A DNA stretch of 64,000 nucleotides from an uncultured Acidobacteriota bacterium (GTDB taxonomy: Bacteria > Acidobacteriota > Thermoanaerobaculia > UBA5066), in NCBI GenBank assembly GCA_963779415.1, contig CAVZYA010000001.1, forward strand, positions 320,001-384,000, written 5' to 3'. A program made the translations under genes and the position numbers. The notes beneath the pieces were generated by a model. The model was not told where the DNA came from, ran no database searches, and saw only the letters and a list, made by a program, of their open reading frames with translations. Below, piece by piece: positions 18,657 to 28,603 of this stretch (positions are counted from its first letter, which is position 1; every line of letters begins with the position of its first letter).

Positions 18657-19694
18657 ATGCGATCGGCGGGAGCGCTTCTTCTCGCAGGGCTGAGTCTCCT
18701 CTCTGCGGGGGCGGCGGCCCCGGGGAGCGCTCCGAAGCCGCCGCGGCTCCTCTCGGAGACCGGGCTTTTCCGGGACCAGGCCCGGGAAGTCGATCCGCGC
18801 TTCCTCGCTTACTCGCCGCAATATCCGCTCTGGTCCGACGGGGCGGGGAAGAGCCGCTGGGTCTCGCTCCCCGCGGGAGCCCGGATCGACTCGCGGAGGA
18901 GCGACCGGTGGGTCTTCCCGGTCGGAACGAAGTTCTGGAAGGAGTTCGACTTCGCGGGAAAGAAGGTGGAGACCCGCCTCATCTGGAGGGCGACCTTGAA
19001 GAGCTGGGTCTTCGCGACGTACCTCTGGAACGAGGAGCAGACCGATGCCGAGCTGGCGCCCCGGGAGGGGGTGGCGAACTACGTCGAGATCGCTCCGGGG
19101 AAGCGGCACACGATCCCGGGGGTGTCGGACTGCAGGAACTGCCACGAGGACGCGCGGGCCCCGATACTGGGGTTCAACGCGCTGCAGCTCTCCGCCGACC
19201 GGGACCCCCTCGCCCCGCACGCCGAACCGCTGAAGCCGGGAATGGTGACCCTCACGGACCTCGTCCGGCGCGGACTTCTCGCGCCGGCCCGGCAGGAGTA
19301 CGTGACGAGCCCGCCGCGGATCCCGGCCGCCAGCCCCCGTGCCCGCGCCCTCCTCGGCTATTTCACGGCGAACTGCGGAAGCTGCCACCGGGCCGGCGGG
19401 TCGCTCGCCCCCCTCGGGCTCGACTTCGGGCACTCCGCGGCGGCGCGGAACGAGGCCTCGGAGCCGGGCTGGGCCACGACCGTGGGACGGCGCGGAAAGT
19501 GGGCGCTCCCCGGGCGAAACGCGGGCGAGTCAGAGCGGATCGAGCCCGGAAATCCGGCGGGGAGCACCGTTCTCTACCGGATGGCGTCGAGGCGCGCGCT
19601 CTCGCAGATGCCTCCTCTCGGAACCGTTGTCGTGGACGAAGAGGCCGTGAGGCTTCTCGAGAGGTTCATCGCCGAGGATCTTCCCCCGCGCTAG
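18657..19694 (+). CDS. Diheme c-type cytochrome (SO2930-like)
   Basis: LLSETGLF, PLWSDGAGKSRW, FPVGT, CRNCH, CGSCH, QMPPLG. Confidence 0.85.
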   Translation: MRSAGALLLAGLSLLSAGAAAPGSAPKPPRLLSETGLFRDQAREVDPRFLAYSPQYPLWSDGAGKSRWVSLPAGARIDSRRSDRWVFPVGTKFWKEFDFAGKKVETRLIWRATLKSWVFATYLWNEEQTDAELAPREGVANYVEIAPGKRHTIPGVSDCRNCHEDARAPILGFNALQLSADRDPLAPHAEPLKPGMVTLTDLVRRGLLAPARQEYVTSPPRIPAASPRARALLGYFTANCGSCHRAGGSLAPLGLDFGHSAAARNEASEPGWATTVGRRGKWALPGRNAGESERIEPGNPAGSTVLYRMASRRALSQMPPLGTVVVDEEAVRLLERFIAEDLPPR

Positions 19695-19714
19695 ACTCGG
19701 CTCCCGATCAATCC

Positions 19715-22102
19715 ATGAGTCTCGGCGCCGGCACCCGGCTGGGACCGTATGAAATCCTGTCGCCCCTGGGCGCGGGCGGGATGGGAGAGGTCTATCGGGC
19801 GCGGGACACGCGGCTGGAGCGGGAGGTGGCTCTCAAGATCCTCGGGCGCGAGCTCCTCTCGGACGAAGGCGCGCGTAAACGCTTCCGGAAGGAGGCGCAG
19901 TCCCTCGCGAAGCTGAACCACTCCCACATTGCGCAGATTCACGACTTCGCGACCGAGGGAGGGGTGGACTTTCTCGTCATGGAGCTGGTCCCCGGCGAGA
20001 CGCTGAGCGAGCGGCTCGGGCGCGGGCCTCTTGCGGAGGCCGACGTCCTGAAGGTCGGAAGGGAACTGGCGGAAGGGCTCTCCGCGGCGCACGCGGAAGG
20101 GGTTGTTCACTGCGACCTGAAGCCGGCCAACCTCCGCCTCTCGAGAGACGGCACTCTGAAGATCCTCGACTTCGGCCTCGCGAGGCTGAAACGGCCGATC
20201 GTCACGGGCGACGCGACGGCTTCGATGACGGCGTCCGAGATCGCGATCTCCGGAACTCTTCCGTATATGGCTCCGGAGCAGCTGCGGGCTGAGACGCTCG
20301 AAGCCCGGACGGACATCTGGGGCGCGGGAGCCGTCCTCTACGAGCTGGCCACAGGGACCCGCCCCTTCCGCGAAACGGTTCCCGCGAAGCTGACCGACGC
20401 CATCCTTCACGCCGATCCCGAGCCGCCGGCGTCGCGGAGGCCCGGAATCTCACCGGAGCTTTCGAAGGTCATCCTGAGGTGTCTGGAGAAGAACCCAGAC
20501 CGCCGATTCCAATCGGCTACCGAGCTGAAGCTCGACTTGGAGCGATCGGCAAGCCCGTCCATCCCAACGGCGACGATGGGACCCCCGAAGACGCTGTCTC
20601 GCGTGCTGCCGGCAGTCGCTGCGGTCGTTGTTGTCGCGGTCGCAGGAATCCTTCTCTATCTGAAGCCTTGGCGAGGGCCGGGACGGATCCTCTCTCCGGG
20701 CGGACCGATCGCCTCATTGGCCGTCCTGCCGCTCGACAACATGACGGGCGACCCGGGGCAGGAGTACTTCGCCGACGGGATGACCGAGGCGCTCATCACG
20801 GAGCTGGCGAAGATCCGATCGTTGAAGGTCATTTCGCGGACCTCCGTGATGCGGTTCAAGAAGACGGACAAGGCTCTTCCGGAGATCGCGAAGCAGCTGG
20901 GCGTCGAAGGAATCGTCGAGGGCTCCGTGGCGCGTGGAAGCGGGAGGGTGAAGATCACCGCGCAGCTGATCCAGGCGGCCAGCGATGTGCACCTCTGGGC
21001 CGACAGCTTCGAGCGCCCGGAGGCGGACGTTCTCGCTCTGCAGAGCGACGTGGCCCGGGCGATCGCCGGGCAGGTCCGCGCGGCGGTGACGCCGGACGAG
21101 CAGCAGAACCTCAAGCAGACCCGGAAGGTGAATCCCGAGGCGTACGACCTCGCGCTCCGCTCCCGGCACCTCTTCGACAACGCCTCCGGTCCCGAGGACG
21201 TTTCGCGAGCTCGCGAGCTGGCAGAGCGCGCCGTCAAGATCGACCCGGGCTCCGCCGAGGCGCAGGCGGCCCTCGCGAACGTTCTGACGGGCTTCTTCAA
21301 CCGGGAGCCGGGTCAGGTGCTCCAGCCTCTGATCTGTTCGGCGGCAGACCGCGCCCTCGAACTCGACCCGAAGCTGGCGAACGCGCACCTCGCGCGAGGG
21401 TGGGCTTCCACCCTGGCTTTCGACTGGGAGCGGGCAGGCCGGGAGTTCCGGACGGCAACGGAAGTCGCCCCCAGTGATGGCGGGGCCTTCGGCTGCTACG
21501 GCTACTGGCTGGCCATGATGGGGCAATTCGACGAGGGATTGAAGGCGATCCGGAAGGGGATCGAGCTGGAGCCGTTCAATCTGGCGAGCCGCTGCAACCT
21601 GACCAACATCCTCTACGCCGCACGTCGGGATGACGAGGCCGTCGTCGCGGCACATGCAATTCTCGAGATAGCGCCGAGCTGGTTCTGGGCCCACAACAAT
21701 CTCTCGAGCCTCGAATTCCTGAAAGGCCGTCGGGACGAGGCCCTCGCCCAGGCTGTCGCTTCCTGGAAAATTGCATGGGGCGACTTCCAGCTTCCTGCCG
21801 GGACGAGGTGGGACGCCTACGTCCGGTGGATTCCCGAGGAGCTGAAACGGCGGAATGAGAAGCCCTGGCTCGTCAACGGCTTCATCGCGGCCTCGTACGC
21901 GATGTACGGCCAGCCGGAGAAGGCCTTCCCCTATCTCGAGCGCTCCAGCGAGGTTCGGGACGCCTGGTACGTTCAGCTCTTCTGGCCCGAGTTCGATTCC
22001 CTGCGCCGCGACCCGCGCTTTCTCGCCCTGATTGAGCGGATGAACCTGCCGGTCCACGTCTACGACCGGCCGTATCGCGACGTGGTCGCCGCGGCACGCT
22101 GA
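19715..22102 (+). CDS. Ser/Thr protein kinase with transmembrane segment, TolB-N-like and TPR domains
   Basis: LGAGGMGEVY, VALK, HCDLKPAN, DFG, APE; SLAVLPLDN..EYFADGMTE; TPR helices. Confidence 0.93.
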   Translation: MSLGAGTRLGPYEILSPLGAGGMGEVYRARDTRLEREVALKILGRELLSDEGARKRFRKEAQSLAKLNHSHIAQIHDFATEGGVDFLVMELVPGETLSERLGRGPLAEADVLKVGRELAEGLSAAHAEGVVHCDLKPANLRLSRDGTLKILDFGLARLKRPIVTGDATASMTASEIAISGTLPYMAPEQLRAETLEARTDIWGAGAVLYELATGTRPFRETVPAKLTDAILHADPEPPASRRPGISPELSKVILRCLEKNPDRRFQSATELKLDLERSASPSIPTATMGPPKTLSRVLPAVAAVVVVAVAGILLYLKPWRGPGRILSPGGPIASLAVLPLDNMTGDPGQEYFADGMTEALITELAKIRSLKVISRTSVMRFKKTDKALPEIAKQLGVEGIVEGSVARGSGRVKITAQLIQAASDVHLWADSFERPEADVLALQSDVARAIAGQVRAAVTPDEQQNLKQTRKVNPEAYDLALRSRHLFDNASGPEDVSRARELAERAVKIDPGSAEAQAALANVLTGFFNREPGQVLQPLICSAADRALELDPKLANAHLARGWASTLAFDWERAGREFRTATEVAPSDGGAFGCYGYWLAMMGQFDEGLKAIRKGIELEPFNLASRCNLTNILYAARRDDEAVVAAHAILEIAPSWFWAHNNLSSLEFLKGRRDEALAQAVASWKIAWGDFQLPAGTRWDAYVRWIPEELKRRNEKPWLVNGFIAASYAMYGQPEKAFPYLERSSEVRDAWYVQLFWPEFDSLRRDPRFLALIERMNLPVHVYDRPYRDVVAAAR

Positions 22103-22198
22103 CCAGAGCCGCGGCGGTCCGCGGGCCGTCTCGTCACTATGGGCTGCTCTAAGATGTCGGACGTCTCCCGCGATGCCCGCGGAAGAAAAGGGGGAGCC

Positions 22199-22693
22199 AT
22201 GATCAGCAAGAAGATGAAGGCCGCGCTCGACGGACATATCGGCGCGGAGCTGGAGTCGGCCTACCTCTACCTCGCCATGTCGGCCTGGTGCGAGGCGAAT
22301 GCATTCAAGGGATTCGGCCGTTGGATGCGCGTCCAGTTCGAGGAGGAGCTCGCCCACGCCACGAAGATGCTCGACTACCTCCTGTCGCGCGGCAGCGCCG
22401 TGTCGTTCGGTCCCCTGGGAAAGCCGCCCGCCGAGTTCGGGTCGATTCTCGACGTGTTCGAGAAGACGCTCGATCACGAGCGGCAGGTCACCGGGAGGGT
22501 CCACCGCCTCCACGATCTGGCCGGCGCGGAAAAGGACACGGCGACGCAGATTTTCCTCCAATGGTTCGTCTCCGAGCAGGTCGAGGAGGAAGCGAGGGTC
22601 TCCGAGATCGTCGACAAGCTGCGGATGGTCTCCGACCGGCCGGGTGGGGCGCTCTATCTCGACAAGGAGTACGGCAAGCGGGCCAAAGCCTGA
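22199..22693 (+). CDS. ftnA: Non-heme ferritin
   Basis: ELESAYLY, EEELAHA, HER, WFVSEQVEEE ferroxidase residues; GGAG Shine-Dalgarno. Confidence 0.92.
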   Translation: MISKKMKAALDGHIGAELESAYLYLAMSAWCEANAFKGFGRWMRVQFEEELAHATKMLDYLLSRGSAVSFGPLGKPPAEFGSILDVFEKTLDHERQVTGRVHRLHDLAGAEKDTATQIFLQWFVSEQVEEEARVSEIVDKLRMVSDRPGGALYLDKEYGKRAKA

Positions 22694-22726
22694 CCGCAAA
22701 GCAGGGTCGCTACCGTACTGATGTCG

Positions 22727-23662
22727 TCATGGACGTCGCCTTCGGACGTCGAGACGGTTGAGCCCGAAGCTCTCCGCAAGGTAGAGGGCTTCCTTCCATT
22801 CCTCGCGCGTGATCCGGCGGGATAGCCTCTCGATGCCGCTCGCCCTGTAGTCGGGGTGGTACTGGTCCATCAGGTTCAGGTAGGTGTTCGTCGAGATCTC
22901 GCGGGCGAGGAACTCGAGGACCTTCTCCGTCCCCGCGAGGTCTCCGGGCATCACGAGGTGGCGGACGAGGAGACCCCGAACGGCGATTCCGCTCCCGTCG
23001 AGGAGGAGATCGCCCACCTGCCGGTGCATCTCCTTCACGACCACCTGGTTCACTTCCGGGTAGTCGGGAACGTGCGAATGACTGCGGGCGACGTCGGAGT
23101 CGGCGTACTTCATGTCGGGCATGTAGATGTCGACGACGCCGTCGAGAAGCCGGAGGGCTTCGATGCTGTCGTACCCGCCGGTGTTCCAGACGATCGGGAG
23201 CGCGAGGCCGCGTCCCGCCGCGATCTCCAGGGCGGCGAGGAACTGGGCCACGACGTGGCTCGGGGAGACGAGGTTCACGTTGTGGCAGCCGGCATCCTGA
23301 AGCTCCAGCATCTGGTCAGCCAGCTCTTCGGGCGTCACCTCGACCCCGTCCCCCCGCTGGCTGATCGTCCAGTTCTGACAGAAGTCGCACCGGAGGTTGC
23401 ACCACGAGAAGAAGATGGTTCCCGACCCGCGCGTCCCCCGGAGCGGATCTTCCTCTCCGAAGTGCGGAGCGAAGCCGTGGACGCGGGCCTTCTCGCCGGT
23501 CCGGCAGACGGCCCCGGAGATTCCGAGGAGCCGGTTGCAGTGGCAGTACCGGGCGCAGAGGTCGCAGTCGGAAAGACGCTCCCGGGCGCGGGCGGCGCGA
23601 GACCTCAACTCGCCGGCGCGATGGAGATCGAAATACGAGGGCTCCCGGAAGGCCGTGGCCAT
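22727..23662 (-). CDS. Radical SAM protein, PflX family
   Basis: CDLCARYC, HFGEE..GSGTIFF, CNLRCDFC, DIYMPDMKY, VRHLVMPG. Confidence 0.92.
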   Translation of the reverse strand: MATAFREPSYFDLHRAGELRSRAARARERLSDCDLCARYCHCNRLLGISGAVCRTGEKARVHGFAPHFGEEDPLRGTRGSGTIFFSWCNLRCDFCQNWTISQRGDGVEVTPEELADQMLELQDAGCHNVNLVSPSHVVAQFLAALEIAAGRGLALPIVWNTGGYDSIEALRLLDGVVDIYMPDMKYADSDVARSHSHVPDYPEVNQVVVKEMHRQVGDLLLDGSGIAVRGLLVRHLVMPGDLAGTEKVLEFLAREISTNTYLNLMDQYHPDYRASGIERLSRRITREEWKEALYLAESFGLNRLDVRRRRP

Positions 23663-23781
23663 CGGAGAGGAAATCTTAGTCCCCGACGCCTCCCGTGACT
23701 GGCCCTCGCGAGCCTCGCCGACAAGCTCCGTCTTCTTCCGCGAGCCTACCGGATGGACGCGCCGCCGGGTAGCATTCGGCG

Positions 23782-25053
23782 ATGCTCGGGGAGCTGCTTT
23801 CGATCGTGCCTCGTGACGCGCTCAACATCGCGCTCGTCCTCGCTCTGGCTTTCTTCATCGGCCTCGAGCGCGAGGAGCACAAGCAGCACGAGGCGAAGTA
23901 CGGGTTCGGAGGCGTCCGGACCTTTCCGCTGATCGGGCTCCTGAGCTACGCGCTCGCGCTCCTCTCGGGCACGGGGATTCTGCCGTGGGTGATCGGATTC
24001 GCCGTCGTCGGCGGTTTCATGCTGCTCTCCTATTACCACAAGCTCACCGAGGAGCCGCCGGCGGGGCTGACGACCGAGATTTCCGCCCTCTCCACGTATG
24101 CCGTGGGCGGGCTCATTCAGCGCGAGAACTACTGGATGGCTTTGGCCATCGGCGTCCTCAGCGTTCTCCTTCTCGAGCTGAAGAAAGGCCTCGAAGGCCT
24201 TACGAAATACGTCGCGTCGGGGGAGATCGTCACCGTCGCGAAGTTTCTCCTCCTGACGGTGGTCATCCTCCCCCTCGTCCCGGACGAGCAGCTGACCCGT
24301 TTTCAGATCAATCCGTTCAAGACGTGGCTCGTCGTCGTCGCGGTGAGCGGGGTCTCTTTCGCGAGCTACGTCCTGCAACGGCTCTTCAAGGAGCGCGGGG
24401 GCGTGATGCTCTCGGCCGTCCTCGGCGGCGCGTACTCCTCGACCATGACCACCGTGGTGCTGGCTCGGGAGGCCAGGGGGGCCCCGGAGCCGCGTCCGAA
24501 CCTGTTCGCCGGGAGCATCCTCACCGCCTCGGGCGTGATGTACGTGAGGCTCGTGGTTCTGGTGGCGTTCTTCAACGCGACGCTGGCGGCCCGGCTCGCG
24601 CCTGCGTTCGGCGCTCTTGCGTTCGTCGCCTGCCTCGCGGGATTCGTCGTCTCCCGCCGGTCTCCGGGGGCCGCGGCGAGCCCGAGGCCCGCACGCCCAT
24701 CCCGGAACCCGCTCGAGCTCGGAGCGGCGCTGCTCTTCGCCATCGCCTTCGTTCTGATCCTGGTCCTGACGACCCTCGCCCGGGAGTTTCTGGGACGGTC
24801 CGGACTCTACTCGCTGGCGGCGATCATGGGCATCACCGACATCGATCCCTTCATCCTCGGGCTCGCGCAGAGCGGCCCCGCGGCAACGCCCGTCGCGGTC
24901 GCCGCCCCGGCGATCGTGATCGCCGCCGCGAGCAACAGCCTCATCAAGGCAATCTACGCGTACGCGTTCGCCGACGGGGCGACCGGGCGGAGGAGCCTCG
25001 TTCTCCTTCTCGCGCTCGCACTGCTCGGGATCATTCCCCTCGCCTGGCTGTGA
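23782..25053 (+). CDS. MgtC/SapB plus DUF4010 membrane protein
   Basis: IGLERE, GGVRTF, GLTTE, GGAYSST, GITDID; many transmembrane helices. Confidence 0.88.
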   Translation: MLGELLSIVPRDALNIALVLALAFFIGLEREEHKQHEAKYGFGGVRTFPLIGLLSYALALLSGTGILPWVIGFAVVGGFMLLSYYHKLTEEPPAGLTTEISALSTYAVGGLIQRENYWMALAIGVLSVLLLELKKGLEGLTKYVASGEIVTVAKFLLLTVVILPLVPDEQLTRFQINPFKTWLVVVAVSGVSFASYVLQRLFKERGGVMLSAVLGGAYSSTMTTVVLAREARGAPEPRPNLFAGSILTASGVMYVRLVVLVAFFNATLAARLAPAFGALAFVACLAGFVVSRRSPGAAASPRPARPSRNPLELGAALLFAIAFVLILVLTTLAREFLGRSGLYSLAAIMGITDIDPFILGLAQSGPAATPVAVAAPAIVIAAASNSLIKAIYAYAFADGATGRRSLVLLLALALLGIIPLAWL

Positions 25054-25133
25054 GTCCTCCCACCCGGTCTTCCGCGCTCCCGGCTTGGCGGGAGGGCGCC
25101 GCCGGCTCTAAAGTCGAGGCAAAGGAGACGACG

Positions 25134-25415
25134 ATGGCGACGAAGAAGGAGAAACCGCGGGGAGAGGCGTTCAAGGAGGCGGTATCTCGCGTGGAGAAGC
25201 TGTCGAAGAGGCCGTCGAACGAGCAGCTCCTCGACCTGTATGGCCTCTACAAACAGGCTACGGAAGGGGACGTCTCGGGCTCTCGCCCGGGGATGTTCGA
25301 CCTGAAGGGGCGGGCGAAGTTCGACGCCTGGTCGGGCCGGAAGGGAACGTCGAAGGACGACGCGATGAAGAGGTACGTCGCCCTCGTCGACAGGCTCGCC
25401 GCCGAGCTGGCCTGA
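25134..25415 (+). CDS. Acyl-CoA-binding protein (ACBP)
   Basis: LYGLYKQATEGD..RPGMFD.KGRAKFDAW..AMKRYV; AAGGAG Shine-Dalgarno. Confidence 0.93.
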   Translation: MATKKEKPRGEAFKEAVSRVEKLSKRPSNEQLLDLYGLYKQATEGDVSGSRPGMFDLKGRAKFDAWSGRKGTSKDDAMKRYVALVDRLAAELA

Positions 25416-25444
25416 CGCGGACCCCTGTTTGATAATCTTTCGCA

Positions 25445-25981
25445 ATGAAGAAGCGGCACCCGGCCCCCCTCCTCATCCTCCTCGCGAGCGTTCTCTCGCT
25501 GCCGACTCTCGCGGCGGACCCTCCGGCCGTCGGGGAGAAGGCGCCCGCCGTCTCCCTGCCGAGCCAGGACGGCTCGACGGTCACGCTCGGGCAGTTCCAC
25601 GGGAAATGGGTCGTCCTCTACTTCTACCCGAAGGACTTCACGTCGGGATGCACGCTGGAGGCACATAACTTCCAGCGCGACATCGCGAAGTACGAGAAGG
25701 CGGATGCCGTCATCCTCGGCGTGAGCCTCGACCCGGTCGGCTCTCACAAGGACTTCTGCACGAAGGAAGGGCTGAGCTTCAAGCTCCTCTCCGATCCCGA
25801 GACGGCCGTCACGAAGAGCTACGGCTCGCTGACGAAGTACCAGGACAAGGATTACGCCGCGCGAAATACGTTCCTCATCGGCCCGGACGGGGTCATCCGG
25901 AAGGTCTTCCTGAAGGTGAACCCCTCGGTCCACAGCGAAGAGGTACTGGCCGCGCTCGCCCAGCTTCAAGCCGCGAAATGA
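25445..25981 (+). CDS. Peroxiredoxin, BCP/PrxQ type, with signal peptide
   Basis: VLYFYPKDFTSGCTLEA, RNTFLI; N-terminal signal peptide. Confidence 0.92.
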   Translation: MKKRHPAPLLILLASVLSLPTLAADPPAVGEKAPAVSLPSQDGSTVTLGQFHGKWVVLYFYPKDFTSGCTLEAHNFQRDIAKYEKADAVILGVSLDPVGSHKDFCTKEGLSFKLLSDPETAVTKSYGSLTKYQDKDYAARNTFLIGPDGVIRKVFLKVNPSVHSEEVLAALAQLQAAK

Positions 25982-26000
25982 AGCCGGAGGCCGGAATCCG

Positions 26001-26660
26001 GTGCGCCTGATCGACGACCTCCGGGCCGAGCACGAGGTCATCGAGCGGGTTCTCGGATCGCTCGGGACCTACGTGGATCGGCGTGCCCGCGACGAAGCGG
26101 CGCCGGGCGACGGCGAGGCGTTCGTCCGCTTCTTCCGGATCTTCGCCGGGACGTGGCACCACGCCCGGGAGGAAGACACGCTCTTCCCGGCGCTGGAGAA
26201 GCATCTCGAGCTGCCGCCCGACTCCGGGCCGATCTTCTCCATCGTCGACCAGCACCACCGGATGGCGGCGGTCTTCGACGAGATGGCGCCTCTCCTTTCG
26301 GCCGGCGGAACGACCCCGGCGGAGACGGAGAAGCTCCGTGAGCTCTGGACGAAGTACGCCCGGGACCTCCTCGCCCACATCGACGCCGAGAACTCGGTCC
26401 TCCTGCCGGAGAGCGACGAGCGACTCCGGCAGGCGGGGGTCCACGAGCTCGCGATGCGCGAGGCGACGGCGGAGGAGCTTTCCGCGAGAGCCGGCGGGGA
26501 GCGCCTCGCCGGGCTCTACACCCCTCCGCTCGACCCGGGCGCGGTCCGCGGCGAAGGGTGCGTCATCTGTCCCTCGTACGGCATCACGTGCGGCGGCCTC
26601 GAGCGCGAATGGTGGACGGACGACGAGTGGGAGGAGTTCGGACGAATCTCGGAACGGTAG
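26001..26660 (+). CDS. Hemerythrin-like (HHE) domain protein with a C-terminal Cys motif
   Basis: EH, HHAREEDTLF, QH, HIDAENSVL; tail CVICPSYGITC. Confidence 0.82.
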   Translation: MRLIDDLRAEHEVIERVLGSLGTYVDRRARDEAAPGDGEAFVRFFRIFAGTWHHAREEDTLFPALEKHLELPPDSGPIFSIVDQHHRMAAVFDEMAPLLSAGGTTPAETEKLRELWTKYARDLLAHIDAENSVLLPESDERLRQAGVHELAMREATAEELSARAGGERLAGLYTPPLDPGAVRGEGCVICPSYGITCGGLEREWWTDDEWEEFGRISER

Positions 26661-26673
26661 GCGAGCCGGTCCG

Positions 26674-27834
26674 TCAGCCCCAGACCTCGGAGAAAAGCCG
26701 CGCGAAGTTGCCGCCGAGGATCTTCTCGAGGCGGGAGGCGGAATGCCCGCGCTTCTCGAGAAGAACGGCGAGCGTTTCGAGCCGCCGCGGCGAGTTGAGG
26801 TCGGGGACGAAGGTGGTGACCTCCTCGATCTCTCCGGGGGCCCCGATGCCGGCCTTCTTCCGCGCCGCGAGCTGCTTTCGGAACTCCTCGAGGTACTTCG
26901 GCGTCAGCTCCACGCCGGAGATCGTCCCGTCCGTCCCGATCCCGACGTGGTCCTCTCCGGCGACGTCGAGGGCGTGCTCGAGGTGGCGGATCACGTCCGC
27001 CGCCATCGGTTGGCCGTTCGTCCGGAGGTAGGGCATGAAGTAGATGCCGGCGACCCCACCCCTGGCGGCCAGCGCTCTCAGTTCCTCGTCCGTCTTGTTC
27101 CGCGGGTGGTCCGCGACGGCCGCGCAGCCGGTGTGCGTGAAGGCGACCGGGCGCTTCGACGCCGTCAGGGCGTCCCGCGTCGTGGCTCGGCCGCAGTGCG
27201 AGAGGTCGATCAGGATCCGAAGGGAGTCCATCCGCTCGACGGCCTCGTGCCCCCGCTTCGAGAGGCCCGCGTTGCCCGGCTCGAGGCAGCCGTCGCCGAT
27301 GAGGTTCCGGAGGTTGTACGTCGGCTGGATGATCCGGACCCCGAGGGCGTGGAGCGTCTCGAGGCGGGAGAAATCTTCCTCGAAAGCGACGCCGTCCTGC
27401 AGGCCGTACGCGAGGCCGAGGCGGCCGTTCCCCTTGGCCGCCCTGAGGTCGCTCGTCGTCTTCACCTTCATGAAGACGTCGGGGTGCGCTTCGATCTCGC
27501 GCTCCCAGTAGCCGATCTCCCGGACGATCCCCTCGAAGGCCTCGGCCGCCGGTCGGCTGCCGACCGGGCCGACCGTGACGTTCACGCTGGTGACGCCGGA
27601 GGCTTTCGAGTCCGCGACGGCGCGGGGGGTGAGCCGGGCGCCCTTCTCGGCGTCGCTGTCGTTGTCCCCGGGCCCGCCGCAGCCGTCGAAGACGATGGCG
27701 CGCCCGTAAGGGTCCGCGGCCGGTCCCGGCGTCGCGGCCTTTGCGTCCGGCTCCGGACCGGCAATGAGACGTGATTCGAGGGCGATCCCCGAGAGCGCCC
27801 CGAGGACGAGAAGCTCTCTTCGGTCGAGGGACAT
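26674..27834 (-). CDS. Membrane dipeptidase (M19) family protein, probable Tat substrate
   Basis: DRRELL twin-arginine-like signal; IDLSH, FTH, HPRNKTD, HVGIGTD, KILGGNFAR. Confidence 0.88.
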   Translation of the reverse strand: MSLDRRELLVLGALSGIALESRLIAGPEPDAKAATPGPAADPYGRAIVFDGCGGPGDNDSDAEKGARLTPRAVADSKASGVTSVNVTVGPVGSRPAAEAFEGIVREIGYWEREIEAHPDVFMKVKTTSDLRAAKGNGRLGLAYGLQDGVAFEEDFSRLETLHALGVRIIQPTYNLRNLIGDGCLEPGNAGLSKRGHEAVERMDSLRILIDLSHCGRATTRDALTASKRPVAFTHTGCAAVADHPRNKTDEELRALAARGGVAGIYFMPYLRTNGQPMAADVIRHLEHALDVAGEDHVGIGTDGTISGVELTPKYLEEFRKQLAARKKAGIGAPGEIEEVTTFVPDLNSPRRLETLAVLLEKRGHSASRLEKILGGNFARLFSEVWG

Positions 27835-27932
27835 GGCAATACCTCCTCTGGGGGACGGACACGTGATCCTACGTCTCTGGCCCGAGACGTGATGCGAAGG
27901 GACCATGACAGCGCCGTTTCGGAAGCCGAAAT

Positions 27933-27948
27933 TACCTACCGGTAGGTA
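27933..27948. promoter_or_regulatory. Perfect 16-bp palindrome TACCTACCGGTAGGTA, probable TetR operator
   Basis: Exact inverted repeat 10 bp upstream of the tetR start, in a divergent intergenic region. Confidence 0.75.
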
Positions 27949-27958
27949 GGAAAGCGCC

Positions 27959-28603
27959 GTGCGGACGGAAACTGAAAGCAGAGCCGGTCGGAGCCTCCGG
28001 CATCACGACCCGAACATCCGCGAGCATCTCGTCGACGTCGCGATCGAACTCTTCGCGAGCCGCGGCTACGCCGCGACGTCGGTCCGCGAGATCGTCGAAC
28101 GCGCGAGGGTCTCCAAGCCGGTCCTCTACTACCACTTCGGAAGCAAGGAAGGGCTCTACCTCGAGATCATGCGCCGCCTCGAACGGACCCTCGAGGAGAC
28201 GGTCGCGAGCCGCGACGCGGGAGGCGGGACGGCGCGGCACCGGATCCGCCGCCTTTGCCTCGACATCTACGACGCCTTCTCGGAGAACACCGCGGCCGTC
28301 CGTTTCCTGAACGCGGTCTTCTGGGGCCCGCCGCAGGGAACGCCGGACTTCGACGTGGACTCCCTGTACGAGCCGCTCGTCGCCGCGTTCCGGACGCTCG
28401 TCGACGAAGGGGTCGCGCGGGGCGAATTCCGTCAGGGGGCCGCTCCGGACCTCTCGTTCGCCCTTCTCGGCGCCCTCAGCTTCGCGATGGACTTTCACCT
28501 CGCGCATCCCGACCAGTCCCCGGCCCGCGACGGCCTCGCGCGGGTTCTCGACCTGATCCTGTCCGGGGCCTCGGCGCCCCGCCGCGGAGGAACCTCCCGA
28601 TGA
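27959..28603 (+). CDS. TetR/AcrR family transcriptional regulator
   Basis: AIELFASRGYAATSVREIVERARVSKPVLYYHFGSKEGL helix-turn-helix. Confidence 0.95.
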   Translation: MRTETESRAGRSLRHHDPNIREHLVDVAIELFASRGYAATSVREIVERARVSKPVLYYHFGSKEGLYLEIMRRLERTLEETVASRDAGGGTARHRIRRLCLDIYDAFSENTAAVRFLNAVFWGPPQGTPDFDVDSLYEPLVAAFRTLVDEGVARGEFRQGAAPDLSFALLGALSFAMDFHLAHPDQSPARDGLARVLDLILSGASAPRRGGTSR

